Virus record (IMG/VR): IMGVR_UViG_3300036799_000043
Span: 47,055 to 111,054 of that record
Strand: one strand, 5' to 3'
Source: a virus
Length of the DNA: 64,000 nt
Position 1 is the stretch's first letter. Each line of letters starts with the position of its first letter. The notes under the pieces are model-generated. The model was given only the letters and a program-made list of their open reading frames with translations, was not told the DNA's origin and searched no databases. Positions 53,032-63,801 of this stretch are shown piece after piece. Position numbers and translations under genes: made by a program.

Positions 53032-54504
53032 ATGGGCCAGATCGCATTTGGCGTCATCCTGCGACCAGGAACTGTACCCCAGATTCCTGGTGGCTACACA
53101 CGTTTCACTACGTCGCAGAGCATCGCGCTTGGCGTACGCGGTCTGGTTGGTATCGTTGCGCGCGCTGACGCGGGCGATGTCAACATGCCGAAAATTTGCT
53201 ACAGCGTCGACGACACGGTGCGCTACTTCGGCAACAACAATGGCTTTGCACCGCTCATCGCGCAAGCTCTTGCTGGCGGTTCAATCGCCGCGTACTGCTC
53301 GCGTGCAGGTACTGGCGGCACTGCTGCGGTGCTCGTACTCAACAACGACACTGGCTCGCCTGGCACGCCAACTGTCACACTGACAGCAAAGTCGGCTGGC
53401 TCACGAGCGCTGCCAGTCACGATCCGCAGTAGCGTGACACAGCCTGGCACGTTCGAGATCGTCGTGTACGAGGCGGGTGTCCCGCTCGAAACGAAGAACG
53501 TTGGTAGCGTCAATCAAGCGAGCGCATTCATTGCGACGATCAACGCTGCAAACACGGGTTCGAGCTACTACACAGCGGCTCTGACAGGCGTCGCTAATGA
53601 TCCACTCTCGCTCGTAACGCAGGTTGCGCCGACGACCGTAGGCACAAACCCGACTGTCGATGCGACAGCAATGGCAAATGCACGTACTGCTCTGCGTTCG
53701 TTCGCATGGTTCACGCTCATCGAAGACAGCGAGGACCCAGTCGAGCACATCGCGGGCGCAGCGTTCATCGACCAGTGCATCTCTGACGGTCTGCGTCGTA
53801 CCGCGTACTTTGGTCAGAACATCGCGAACGTGACGCTCGACACGATGCTCACGACCATCGCGACAATCAACGACCCGGCTGTCGGCTACGTCACCAACGA
53901 CTTTGCGACAGCGACTGGTACGATTGCGGGTGCGCAAGCTGCAGCGCGTTACGCTGGCATTCTGTCGACGATGCTGACGCATCAGACGATGGCTGGTCGA
54001 CAGATTCCAGATGCGACGATGATCCCGCACGATCTCGTGCAGAGCGACATCATTCGCGCACAGAACGGCGGTGCATCTGTGTTCATGCTCGATCACCGCC
54101 GACGCATCGTCACTGGCAAAGAAGTCAACACGCTCGTGAACCCAGCGTTGCCACCCGTGTGGGCAGAGGCGCTCGACGCGGCGTGGCAGCGCTGGGGCCG
54201 TACAGTACGCGCGTTCACCATCGTTGATGATGTGATGTTGTCGATGCTGGATGTGCTGTTCGATCCTGATCCCGATGCGCGACCTCGCCAGAACAGCATT
54301 GGCTTGAACTTCTTGCTCGCAACGGGTCAGACAACGCTCAACAAGTACGTGCCTGACTCACTGACGACAAACACGAAGCTACTGCTTGATCCAGCGGTAG
54401 CCGCTGTCGCTGGTACGTACGCGTTCAAAATCGACCCATTCGAGGACCTCGGAGGCGTCGACACGATCATCGTCAAACTCAACACCAATCAGGCCACGAG
54501 CTAA
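53032..54504 (+). CDS. Contractile tail sheath protein
   Basis: PGGYTRF, TAKSAG, 490 aa followed by tube gene. Confidence 0.82.
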   Translation: MGQIAFGVILRPGTVPQIPGGYTRFTTSQSIALGVRGLVGIVARADAGDVNMPKICYSVDDTVRYFGNNNGFAPLIAQALAGGSIAAYCSRAGTGGTAAVLVLNNDTGSPGTPTVTLTAKSAGSRALPVTIRSSVTQPGTFEIVVYEAGVPLETKNVGSVNQASAFIATINAANTGSSYYTAALTGVANDPLSLVTQVAPTTVGTNPTVDATAMANARTALRSFAWFTLIEDSEDPVEHIAGAAFIDQCISDGLRRTAYFGQNIANVTLDTMLTTIATINDPAVGYVTNDFATATGTIAGAQAAARYAGILSTMLTHQTMAGRQIPDATMIPHDLVQSDIIRAQNGGASVFMLDHRRRIVTGKEVNTLVNPALPPVWAEALDAAWQRWGRTVRAFTIVDDVMLSMLDVLFDPDPDARPRQNSIGLNFLLATGQTTLNKYVPDSLTTNTKLLLDPAVAAVAGTYAFKIDPFEDLGGVDTIIVKLNTNQATS

Positions 54505-54516
54505 GGAGTTACCGCT

Positions 54517-54963
54517 ATGCCGGCTGCATCACCCGCCGATATCGCCAAGGTGGCCGAAGGCTACAAAGGTTCCTTCTACTGGAATGGCCAGAAGGTCGCG
54601 ACGTGTACTCAGTGGCACGTTGACCGCACTGTACGTCGTGACGGCGTGCAGGTACTCGACGACGACATGGAGTACTCGAAGCGCACGAGCACGAGCTACG
54701 CGCTGACGTTCGAGGAACTGACGATCTCGCACAAGCTCGTCAAGCAACTGCTCGACGCTGACGCTGCAGGCGACGATCCGGCGTTCAAGTTCATTGGCGT
54801 CGAGAAGCGCGGCGACAATCTCGAAGCCCAGTGGATCATGAATGAGGCGTACAGCGACGGCGACCTGCAGATGGGCGGTGCGCAGACCGGCACGATTCGT
54901 CGCAAGACGTACACGTGGCGCTTGAACGGTCGCCCAGACTTGCAAGGCGGATGGGACCTGTAG
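54517..54963 (+). CDS. Tail tube protein (XkdM-like)
   Basis: 148 aa after sheath; GYKGSFYWNG. Confidence 0.75.
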   Translation: MPAASPADIAKVAEGYKGSFYWNGQKVATCTQWHVDRTVRRDGVQVLDDDMEYSKRTSTSYALTFEELTISHKLVKQLLDADAAGDDPAFKFIGVEKRGDNLEAQWIMNEAYSDGDLQMGGAQTGTIRRKTYTWRLNGRPDLQGGWDL

Positions 54964-54996
54964 CCGCGTAAACTTCACAGCGAAAGAGAGGGAGCA

Positions 54997-55739
54997 ATGC
55001 CTCCGCAGAAACCAGCGTCCGACGAGATGCTCACGGATGTGGATCGTGCCAACGGGCACGCGTCTATCGACGATGCAGTCAAAGCAGCACTCAAGTCACG
55101 CGCACACCGGCGTGCAGAGATCATTCCGGTTGCGCGTATTGTCGTCAATGGCATGCTGGTACCCAAAGTCGACGAGTCGGGTAAGCCAGTTGTTGTCAAC
55201 GGTATCTTGCAAGAAGTGCCATTCTCGTTTCGCATTCGACGTTTGCAACGTGCCGAGCGCTTGCAGTGCGAGCTACTCGCGACACACGACGAGTCTGTCG
55301 ACAGATTCGATTCGCCAAACATCACGCGCTCTGTCTACGATCAGAACGAAGGCGAACTGCGCATGCTGTATCGCGCGACTGTGCGCGAGGATCGCGAACG
55401 CTGGTGGGACGACACCGAGCTACAGCAGGAATGGGGCGTTGGCACTGGTTGGGAACTCATCGGCCAGTTTCTCGGTGATCGCCAGCAAATTGAAGCAATC
55501 TTGGCGATGCACAATCTCGGTGATGGCATTACATCGGAGATCAGCCGCCTAAAAGTCGCCTCAGAGCCGGCGGCAATGTAACGCTCTTGCACGAGATATT
55601 CCATCGCACGCGCGGTCGCTTCGCGCCGTGGGACCTCGACGAGCTAGAACCGATGCAGCGTGCTTTTGTCGAGGAAAGCGTGCTGTTTCGCATCGAGCAA
55701 GAGACTGAGCTTTATGAGGCGCTAGGGGGCAACCGCTGA
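54997..55739 (+). CDS. Tail assembly chaperone (XkdN-like, 54997-55581) with -1 frameshift extension to 55739
   Basis: CTA AAA G at 55549-55; the -1 frame gives SRLRAGGNVTLLHEIFHRT...RAFVEES. Confidence 0.72.
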
Positions 55740-55742
55740 TCG

Positions 55743-58700
55743 ATGTCGATGGTCGATCAAGTGTCCTATCAAGAGCGCATCGTCGTTGTCATCGACGAAG
55801 CCAAGCTCAGCGCGTCTATCGCGACTGCTGAGAAGAACTACAACGCGTTCATCCAGAAGATCGCAAAACAGAAGAACATCGAGCTACAGATAAACGCGAA
55901 AGACAATGCCACATCTGCGTTCGCGAAAGTCGCGAGTCAAGGTCGACGGCTAACAAGCAGACCGCACGTTGTCACCGTCAACACGAGCGGTAACGCAGAG
56001 ACGCAGCTACGCACGATGCGGACGCAAGCGACGCAGCTAGGCGCACGCGCAGTCACGATACGTGTCAATGCGTCAGGCACCGCACAGCAGACGATCTCGA
56101 ATCTGACGCGTACAGCACGCCAGGGTATCAACGTACCTGTACGTGCAGCGAGCAACGTTATCGGTGCAGTCGCGCCAAGTGTTATCGGCATGGAGGCGCC
56201 TGCTGTTGGCGGTGCACTTATGGCTGGTGGTGCTGTTGCTGGTGGACTCGCTATCGCGACGACGCTCGGCGTTGCGACAAAGAACGCCATGGACTTCAAC
56301 AACGAAATTGTGCAAGTCCAGAACAACACAACCATGACGAGCGACGAGACAGCGACGCTCAGTCGCAACGTGCTCGATCTGTCAGCAAAGTTTGGACTGT
56401 CGCAAGAGCCACTCATCACCGCTGCTCGACAGATCCAGGACTTGACGCAGAACGCCGACGCAATGAACGGCATCTTGAACGTTGCAAGCGAGACTGCTGC
56501 AGCGACAGGTGCAGATGTCGGCCAGACTGGTGCGGTGCTCGCGAACACACTGCATCAGTACAAGCTCGATCAGGGCAGCGTATCGCAGGTCCAGTTGAAC
56601 GCAGCGCATGCCATGGGCGTGCTGCATCTCGCGTCTGCTGAGGGCAATATGACGATGCAGCAATTCGCTGACTCGTCAGGTCGAGCTATCGCGCTCGCCG
56701 GTCAGCTTGGCGTGCCGCTTGAGCAAGTGACTGCTGGTATGGCCGCTTTGACGCGTAATGGCTACGACGCCGCGCAGTCACAGACACAGTTGGTGAACAT
56801 CTTCACGCGCATCATCAAGCCCGCCGCAGACTCACAGAAACAGATCGAGGCATTGTCGAAGACGAGCGGTGTTGACCTCGTGTCTGCGTACTCAGCAACC
56901 GGCCTGTCGACACTCGGTCTGACAGGCATCTTTGCGCGCACGACTGAGGCGTACCAGAAAATGGGTATGTCGCAATCAGACGCGACTGCTGAGACGTTGA
57001 AGCTCATGAACGCGCAGCGCGGCGGCTTGGGTGCGGCGCTGTTGATGGGCAAAGGCGCTGACGACTTCAACCAGATTCTTGGCGATCTCACGAACACACA
57101 GCTAACCGACACGTACGTCAATCAAGCGTGGGACCGCTCGATGCAGCAGCCGTCAGTGCAGATGCAGATACTTGGGCAGCGTATCCACGTCGCGATGATC
57201 GAGCTTGGTGACCACTTCGTACCCGCTGTCAATCACGCGTTTACGTGGCTCGATCAACTACGCGGCCCGCTTGCAGACGTTGGCGAGCAGCTAGGGCGTT
57301 TCATCGGGCCGATTCTAGGTGTCAGTGACCCGTTGGGCGGCATGGACACAATCGTGCAGGACCTCGCGCTCGGCTTGCACAACATGTCGACGTGGCTAGG
57401 TGAGGTCGCGACTGAGGCCGACAAGAACGGCGCGCTCTCTGATCTGCACACAGCTTTTACCAACATCGTCGACGCGCTCGGCCCTGCTATGGCAGTGCTC
57501 GATCCATTCCGAGCCGGCCTGAGTGATGTAGACACGTCAGCACACGGCATCGACGATGGCTCACACGGTGCTGCAGAAGGCATAAAAGCGTTTGCCGAAG
57601 CTGCAAAAGCAGTCACTGGTGAGATACAACCGTTTCTCGATCTGCTGACTGACATCGAGAAAAAGCTCAACGCGATCACCGCATTCGAGAACGCGCACCG
57701 GCCGCAAGTGACTGTCGCTGGACAAGAGCAAAAGGGTTTGGTCAACACCGTCCCATTGCAAGTCGAGCAAGCTGCTGGCGAAGGCGTGACGCCAGTGCAA
57801 GCAGTCCAGAACATGTGGGACTATTGGTTTGGCGGTCGACAGCAGAAAATCTCAGAAGCCGAGCGCGCTATGGGTACGCAGTCAGCAACAGTCGGTGAAG
57901 CGATCACCAAGGGCATGGCTGACTCGATCAACACTCACGCGCCAGATGTGTACGACGAGACGCGTGCGCTCGCGCAGCAGACGATCTCGACGACACAGGA
58001 CGAACTCGACTCTCACTCACCGTCTGGCAAGTTTATGAAAGAAGGCCAGAACATCGTACTTGGCTTCGCGCAAGGCATCAGTACGCAATCGTCGCTGTCG
58101 ATACCTGGCGCAGTGCAAGACATGGTGTCGCTCGTGCGTTCGAGCTTCTCGGGCGCAATGAGCGCTAACGCTGCAGGCCCGTCTGCGGGCGGTGCTGTGT
58201 CTGGCTCACTCAACGACTGGATCAACAGCGCTATATCGCAGTCGAATGTTGATCCTAACCACTGGGCTGGCAATCTGCAAGCGCTCATCATGCACGAATC
58301 GAGTGGCAATCCGAACGCGCGCAACGACTGGGATGTCAACGCCAAAGCAGGGAACGCGAGCGTCGGCCTAGGGCAGCTTACTGGCACGAATCGCGCTGCG
58401 TACACGCCCGCGGGAATGGATCCGATGGACCCAACTGCGCAGGTGATGGCGACTATCAACTACATCAAAGATCGCTACGGCGACATCTCGAACGTGCCGG
58501 GTATCAGATCGCTCGCTGCTGGCGGTGCGTACAAGCCATATGCGTCTGGTGGCCTTGTGACAGAACCAAGCTTGATGGTGAGTGCGCGCACTGGTCGAGC
58601 GTGGGGCACAATCGCTGAGAGCGGTGCAGAGCGTGTGATCCCGACTGCGCTGTCAGCAGGCGCTGCTGGAACAGCAGTCGTAGGTGGTCAGTTTGCGCCG

Positions 58701-58856
58701 AGCTTCACCATTGTGCAGCAGCCTGGCGAAGACGGTGCAGAGCTTGCTGGACGCATCAACACTCATCTGCAGAACCTCGTGCCGCAGTACTTGCACCGAT
58801 TCTCGCAGCATATCGGTGAGTCGCTGTCGAATATGCCGACTGAATCGTTCTCATGA
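55743..58856 (+). CDS. Tape measure protein with C-terminal lytic transglycosylase domain
   Basis: TP901-type TMP core; IMHESSGNPNARNDWD..GLGQ..YIKDRYG. Confidence 0.9.
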   Translation: MSMVDQVSYQERIVVVIDEAKLSASIATAEKNYNAFIQKIAKQKNIELQINAKDNATSAFAKVASQGRRLTSRPHVVTVNTSGNAETQLRTMRTQATQLGARAVTIRVNASGTAQQTISNLTRTARQGINVPVRAASNVIGAVAPSVIGMEAPAVGGALMAGGAVAGGLAIATTLGVATKNAMDFNNEIVQVQNNTTMTSDETATLSRNVLDLSAKFGLSQEPLITAARQIQDLTQNADAMNGILNVASETAAATGADVGQTGAVLANTLHQYKLDQGSVSQVQLNAAHAMGVLHLASAEGNMTMQQFADSSGRAIALAGQLGVPLEQVTAGMAALTRNGYDAAQSQTQLVNIFTRIIKPAADSQKQIEALSKTSGVDLVSAYSATGLSTLGLTGIFARTTEAYQKMGMSQSDATAETLKLMNAQRGGLGAALLMGKGADDFNQILGDLTNTQLTDTYVNQAWDRSMQQPSVQMQILGQRIHVAMIELGDHFVPAVNHAFTWLDQLRGPLADVGEQLGRFIGPILGVSDPLGGMDTIVQDLALGLHNMSTWLGEVATEADKNGALSDLHTAFTNIVDALGPAMAVLDPFRAGLSDVDTSAHGIDDGSHGAAEGIKAFAEAAKAVTGEIQPFLDLLTDIEKKLNAITAFENAHRPQVTVAGQEQKGLVNTVPLQVEQAAGEGVTPVQAVQNMWDYWFGGRQQKISEAERAMGTQSATVGEAITKGMADSINTHAPDVYDETRALAQQTISTTQDELDSHSPSGKFMKEGQNIVLGFAQGISTQSSLSIPGAVQDMVSLVRSSFSGAMSANAAGPSAGGAVSGSLNDWINSAISQSNVDPNHWAGNLQALIMHESSGNPNARNDWDVNAKAGNASVGLGQLTGTNRAAYTPAGMDPMDPTAQVMATINYIKDRYGDISNVPGIRSLAAGGAYKPYASGGLVTEPSLMVSARTGRAWGTIAESGAERVIPTALSAGAAGTAVVGGQFAPSFTIVQQPGEDGAELAGRINTHLQNLVPQYLHRFSQHIGESLSNMPTESFS

Positions 58857-59614
58857 CGACAGCCGTACTTTACGCCGCTGACGATCCCACAGAGTCGGTG
58901 ATACTGCCGTTCGCACCGCAGTTCGCGTCGCACGATGCAGCAGTCAAGCTCACGTGGTCTGTCTCGCAGCGCGGCGGTGTCTCTCGGCCACGTGGTCGTC
59001 AAGAGCGCGAATTTACGTTCAAGATGCAGCTACCCAGCAAGCGCGATCAGTCTAAGCCATGGGTTACGAATTGGGTGCCGCCTGCTGAGATCGAGCGGCA
59101 ACTGCAATCTTGGCATGCACCGATCGCGAAGCAAGGGACGCGACTGCGTTTTGTCGTCAATGGCGACGAGCGTCAGGTCGACGCGACCGTGTACATCTCA
59201 ACGCTTGATGTGTCACATGAGGGTGTTGGTGACTACAACCTGTCGCTGACGCTGACAGAGTGGCGCGTCTTCTCTGTGCGCTTCGACAACGAAAGCGGTG
59301 ACGCAGCGCCCGGCGATCCTGACTCAGGTGCTGGTCAGAACCCAATACAGCAAGACCCACCCGCGGGACCAGACACGCCCGATCAGTACGCAGTGCAGGA
59401 TGGCGACACGCTTTGGGGAATCGCGCAGACAGAGCTTGGCGACGGTAGTCGCTGGCCTGAGATATGGGCACTGAATCAAGGCGCGCAACAGCCTGACGGC
59501 TCGACGTTCGATGATCCTGACCTGATCCTGGTCGGGCTTGTACTGCAGCTTCCATCGTCAACACCTGGCGAAGCAGACACGAACGATCCCGGTGGCGACA
59601 ATCAGGTTCAATGA
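58853..59614 (+). CDS. LysM-domain tail/baseplate protein (XkdP-like)
   Basis: YAVQDGDTLWGIA...RWPEIWALN...DPDLI.G.VLQLP. Confidence 0.85.
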   Translation: MTTAVLYAADDPTESVILPFAPQFASHDAAVKLTWSVSQRGGVSRPRGRQEREFTFKMQLPSKRDQSKPWVTNWVPPAEIERQLQSWHAPIAKQGTRLRFVVNGDERQVDATVYISTLDVSHEGVGDYNLSLTLTEWRVFSVRFDNESGDAAPGDPDSGAGQNPIQQDPPAGPDTPDQYAVQDGDTLWGIAQTELGDGSRWPEIWALNQGAQQPDGSTFDDPDLILVGLVLQLPSSTPGEADTNDPGGDNQVQ

Positions 59615-59623
59615 TTGTAGCAG

Positions 59624-61198
59624 GTGAGTGCCGTTCCTAGGGATATCTCGGCCGATACAGCAGAGGTAATCGTTCAATCGTCTGACGGGCCATACTCTAT
59701 TCCGTACCTCAGCTTGACATGGGCAGACGACTCACGCGAGCTAGCTATGCGCGTCGCAATGCAGGTGCCTGACCAACCAGACGAGAACTGGGACCCGAAT
59801 CTTGTCGCTGATGGTCAGCCGTTCGTGTTACTCGCCGGCCCACCGTCGTCACCTATCGAAGTCTGTCGTGGACGCTTCAAGGGACACGGCTTCGGCTTCT
59901 CGATAGGAGAGCCGATTACGCCGCGTGGTTACTCTTTGCTGTACGAGATGCTCAACAGCAAAGACGATGTGGTGTATCCCGATCAGACAACTGGCGGTTT
60001 CATCATCAGCGACTTGTGTCAGCAGTACGAGGTGCCTATCTCGCGCATCGACGGGCCGCTCGTTGACGTAGGGCCGCTCGTTGGTCGCCGCAAGAGCATC
60101 GCTGACGTATTCACTGAGATACTCAAGCGCGCACGCGGCAGTGGTGATGGTTCGTGGGTCATGCGCTGGACGCAGAACGGCTTTGAGGTCGTGCGACCTG
60201 GCGGCAATGATACCGTGTACTGGTTCGTCGAAGGCGAGTCGATTCTGGGTGGTAGCGGTGATAGCTCAATCGAGCAACTCATCACCCGCGTCAAGATCGT
60301 GCGCCTAGACAAGACAGACTCAGCAACGCTCGAACGCGATCAGTACGGACGATGGATCGCCAATACTCAGAAGTCAGAGCACGCGAGCGAGATCACGACA
60401 CTGCATGGTCGCGAAGAACTTGGCATTTTGCAAGAAGTCGTGTATGCAAAGAAAGGCTCGACAGACGAGGACGCAATCACACTCGGCAACGCAGTGCTCG
60501 ACATGTACGGCGCGCCAGTTGTCACCGCAACCATAGTCATTCCACTGCTATCAGACATTCAGCGTGGCGATAAGCACCACGTTACTGGCGGCATGTTTGA
60601 CGGCTATATGTACGTGCTCGGCTATTCTGCTGACACAAGCACAAAGACGATGCAGTGCGAAGTTGCAAGCGAATGGAAAGACTCGTTTGCGCAGCCTGTG
60701 CTCGACATCGATCCTGACAACAGCGACGCTGGTCTGCCGCCACCTGGCACGACGGGCTACACGCCGTCGACAGACATCCCACTGCAGTCACAAGGTTGGA
60801 CATGCTCAGCAGCGTCGACAGCATGGATGCTGCGCTCTGTGGGTGTGCAAGCGACAGAGCAAGATGTCGTCAGTGCGCTCGGTGACAGCATCAACAGCGA
60901 CGTTGGCTTGACTGACGGCTCAGGCGCTGGACTGGCCGCAATGCTCAAGACAAAGTACAACCTCAGTGCTCGCAGTGGTGCGGTGACGTTCGACCAGGTC
61001 AGAGATATGGCCGGCAAGCTACCGACTGTGATGGGTGGGCATAACTTCAATCACTGGGTAGGCGTGCGCGGTACTGTCGACGACGACACGCTCACACTCG
61101 CTAACTCAGGGCCTGGCTGGATGGGCATCAGCGGCACATTGACCCGCGACCAATTTGACAGACTCGGGCCGTTCTATGCAGTTTGGATTGCACAGTGA
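59624..61198 (+). CDS. Baseplate hub (XkdQ-like) with C-terminal papain-like (C39-like) peptidase domain
   Basis: ITRVKI, GILQEV; QSQGWTCSAASTAW...NHWVGVRG...LANS. Confidence 0.75.
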   Translation: MSAVPRDISADTAEVIVQSSDGPYSIPYLSLTWADDSRELAMRVAMQVPDQPDENWDPNLVADGQPFVLLAGPPSSPIEVCRGRFKGHGFGFSIGEPITPRGYSLLYEMLNSKDDVVYPDQTTGGFIISDLCQQYEVPISRIDGPLVDVGPLVGRRKSIADVFTEILKRARGSGDGSWVMRWTQNGFEVVRPGGNDTVYWFVEGESILGGSGDSSIEQLITRVKIVRLDKTDSATLERDQYGRWIANTQKSEHASEITTLHGREELGILQEVVYAKKGSTDEDAITLGNAVLDMYGAPVVTATIVIPLLSDIQRGDKHHVTGGMFDGYMYVLGYSADTSTKTMQCEVASEWKDSFAQPVLDIDPDNSDAGLPPPGTTGYTPSTDIPLQSQGWTCSAASTAWMLRSVGVQATEQDVVSALGDSINSDVGLTDGSGAGLAAMLKTKYNLSARSGAVTFDQVRDMAGKLPTVMGGHNFNHWVGVRGTVDDDTLTLANSGPGWMGISGTLTRDQFDRLGPFYAVWIAQ

Positions 61199-61689
61199 TT
61201 GATCCAAAAACAGACTCGTTACTGCGCCGTGCTGCGTCTGTCGCTTCACGCTCGATGCACGAGCGCGTACGTGACTCGCATGTACAGCGCGACCCAGACA
61301 TCGAGACGGGCAGCATTGACGCTCAGGGCAACCTAACGCCGTCACAGAGCACGCTACCGATCCCGCCAACGATGTGGCTCGTCGCACCGCGCGTGTTGCT
61401 CGACAAGCCTGATCTCGGTGAAGGCACAATCGTGCTGTTTGTTTGGGCAGATCAAGAGCGCTCGCGACGCGCGTACATCATCGACGTACTTGAGGATGTC
61501 GCACCGACATCTGAGACAGCTACGATCAATGGCGACGGCACGCTGACCACTGCACGTGGCACTGTCGTCGATGCGGCGAACTGGGCGCGTACTCAGTCGA
61601 CGAGCTTGACTGTCGACGGTGCTGGTGTTGTGATTGTTTGGGCCGATTCGTCTGCACTACGTAAAGCGTACGCCGTGGCTGAACTCTGA
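61195..61689 (+). CDS. Baseplate/spike-associated protein (XkdR-like position)
   Basis: Synteny; internally duplicated motif. Confidence 0.55.
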   Translation: MIDPKTDSLLRRAASVASRSMHERVRDSHVQRDPDIETGSIDAQGNLTPSQSTLPIPPTMWLVAPRVLLDKPDLGEGTIVLFVWADQERSRRAYIIDVLEDVAPTSETATINGDGTLTTARGTVVDAANWARTQSTSLTVDGAGVVIVWADSSALRKAYAVAEL

Positions 61690-62153
61690 TGCCTCTGCTT
61701 GTCTCTGCAACGTTTCCCATCGTCACGACATCGACTGGCGTTACAACAGCGAAACCTGTCGCGTTTCCGCCCGCGCCGCTGTTCGACTTCGAGCTTGGTG
61801 ACTTCGTTGTCGATGCTGCAGGTCGACTAGTTATGGCTGATGGTTACACCGCGTGGCAACAATGGTGCCTAAAAACGCTTATGACGCAGATGTCAGCATT
61901 CCCCATTTACCCGCGCATGTACGGGATGGATATCTCTGTCATCTTCAAGGGTCTATCCCGCCCAGTCGTCGAGTCTGACATTACGCATCGTGTGCGCTAC
62001 GCTCTCACCAGAACAGTGCGCACTATCGATGTAATCAACTTCGTCTTCGACTGGTCGCAAACGTACCAGTTGAACTATCAGTGCATGCCAGTTCCAGCAG
62101 CAGGCGCGCCGTTTATCTTACCTGGTCAATTCCCACCGAAAGGCGCGATCTGA
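61689..62153 (+). CDS. Baseplate wedge protein (XkdS/DUF2634, gp25-like)
   Basis: FDFELGDFV.D..G, AWQQWCLK.L.T....PIY...YG. Confidence 0.8.
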   Translation: MPLLVSATFPIVTTSTGVTTAKPVAFPPAPLFDFELGDFVVDAAGRLVMADGYTAWQQWCLKTLMTQMSAFPIYPRMYGMDISVIFKGLSRPVVESDITHRVRYALTRTVRTIDVINFVFDWSQTYQLNYQCMPVPAAGAPFILPGQFPPKGAI

Positions 62154-62154
62154 C

Positions 62155-63801
62155 ATGGTTATGGACCCGCAGTCTCCCATGTATATCGATCCGACGCAGA
62201 CAACGCCGGACGCCATACTCAACAGGCTACTGCTCACGTCACAACTGCTCGGTGGACTCGACAACTCGGTGGGAGCATGGGACTACGACGTGCTGCGGGT
62301 GTTCTCGATTGAACTTGCGCAAGCAGCGTTTCTGCCACAGAACCAATTCAAGCGTGTGTTTTCTGATACAGCGACTGGCAGCGATCTCGACAAACAAGCT
62401 GAGCAAGTCGGTATCGAGCCACGACTACCGGGTACAAACGCGTCTGGCTTGATTCAGATCACAGGTACTGCTGGCGCAACGATCCCAATTGGCACGCGCG
62501 TTGCGACAAACACCGCACCCGCTCGAACTGCGACGACAGACGAAGCCGTGACGATCCCAGTCGGTTCAACAGTCGCGGGCGTGAGCGCGACCGATCAGTC
62601 TGTCGGCATAGCAGGAAATCTGCCTGTAGGCGCGTACACGCGCATTCTCGACAACGTAGTGGGTGTGCAGTCGATCACGAACTCAACAGCGTTCACGGGC
62701 GGTACAGACCCGGAGGGCAACGCTGCACTGCAAGCTCGCATCAGTCAAGCGAAGAAAGAGCGTGGCGCGTCTGCGAACAGAGCCGAGACGCGCACGACAG
62801 CGCTCGGTGTCGCTGGTGTTGGCGGTGTCGAAGTTATGTACGCGAACGGTGGCTCACCGCCTGTACCGCTTGGTGAGATGCGCGTCACGCTTATCGACGC
62901 AACGGGTCAGCCTGCTTCACCGACGCTCGTCGAGAGTGTGCGCGATGCACTCAGTGAACCGTGGCGCATTGTCAGCGAAGCAGAAACACTCACGCTGTCA
63001 GCGGGCGCTGTCGTCGACGCAACGCAAGTCGGCTCCATCGGCACGTCAGTCGAGCTACCGCCAGCGTCGAGCGCAGAGATTGTGCAGTCGCGCATCGATC
63101 TCGTGCTGCCTCAGGGCGGTATCTACGAGCTACTCCCGCGCATGAAACGTGGCTCATCTGTCGGCGCAGGCAATCTCGTGCAGATTGGCGCATGGGACCT
63201 GATTGCTGCGGCGTGGTGTAAACAGTCACCACTCAGCACTGTTGACGCTCTGTACACACTCGATCACACAGCTATTCCGACGAGCTTCGACAACGTGTAC
63301 GTCGGTGACTTTTTCGCGAACCTGCTCGATCAGATCGAGCTACGTATCATCAGGCAGACTGCAGACGCGACGACTGACTTGTGGGTCGATGAGGTGTTTT
63401 ATCGCTCTGCGATGCAGCGCGCAGATATGGACCAGGCGCTACCTGGTTTCTTTCGTTTGCGCGTACAGCCAGCGGCTAACGTGCCAGTCGACGTACATGT
63501 CACGCTCACGTATGTGTCTGGCGCGACACCTGCATCAGTCAACGCAGCGATCAGAACAGCACTCGGCGGCCCGCCTGTCTCGACGAGCGCTGGCGGCTAT
63601 CTGACATCGATCCCATTCGGCACTGGACTCAATCAAGTCGTGCAAGTTGGTGCGATTGGCGATGCGATCTTCCGAACAACAGGCGTCGCTAGCTACGACT
63701 TCTCGACGCTGACAGTCAACGGTGCGCAGGCGAACATCACTATTTTACCAGAGCAACGCGCGACACTGCGCGATCTCGTCATCAATGGTGCATCTGCATG
63801 A
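62155..63801 (+). CDS. Baseplate J-like protein (XkdT)
   Basis: DTATGSDLD, G.AGN, GGTDPE, GVGGV motifs. Confidence 0.85.
   Translation: MVMDPQSPMYIDPTQTTPDAILNRLLLTSQLLGGLDNSVGAWDYDVLRVFSIELAQAAFLPQNQFKRVFSDTATGSDLDKQAEQVGIEPRLPGTNASGLIQITGTAGATIPIGTRVATNTAPARTATTDEAVTIPVGSTVAGVSATDQSVGIAGNLPVGAYTRILDNVVGVQSITNSTAFTGGTDPEGNAALQARISQAKKERGASANRAETRTTALGVAGVGGVEVMYANGGSPPVPLGEMRVTLIDATGQPASPTLVESVRDALSEPWRIVSEAETLTLSAGAVVDATQVGSIGTSVELPPASSAEIVQSRIDLVLPQGGIYELLPRMKRGSSVGAGNLVQIGAWDLIAAAWCKQSPLSTVDALYTLDHTAIPTSFDNVYVGDFFANLLDQIELRIIRQTADATTDLWVDEVFYRSAMQRADMDQALPGFFRLRVQPAANVPVDVHVTLTYVSGATPASVNAAIRTALGGPPVSTSAGGYLTSIPFGTGLNQVVQVGAIGDAIFRTTGVASYDFSTLTVNGAQANITILPEQRATLRDLVINGASA

Noticed and set aside
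53032-63801. Stand-alone contractile injection system or tailocin
   Set aside because: Terminase, portal, protease and capsid genes are present, so this is a genuine phage tail.
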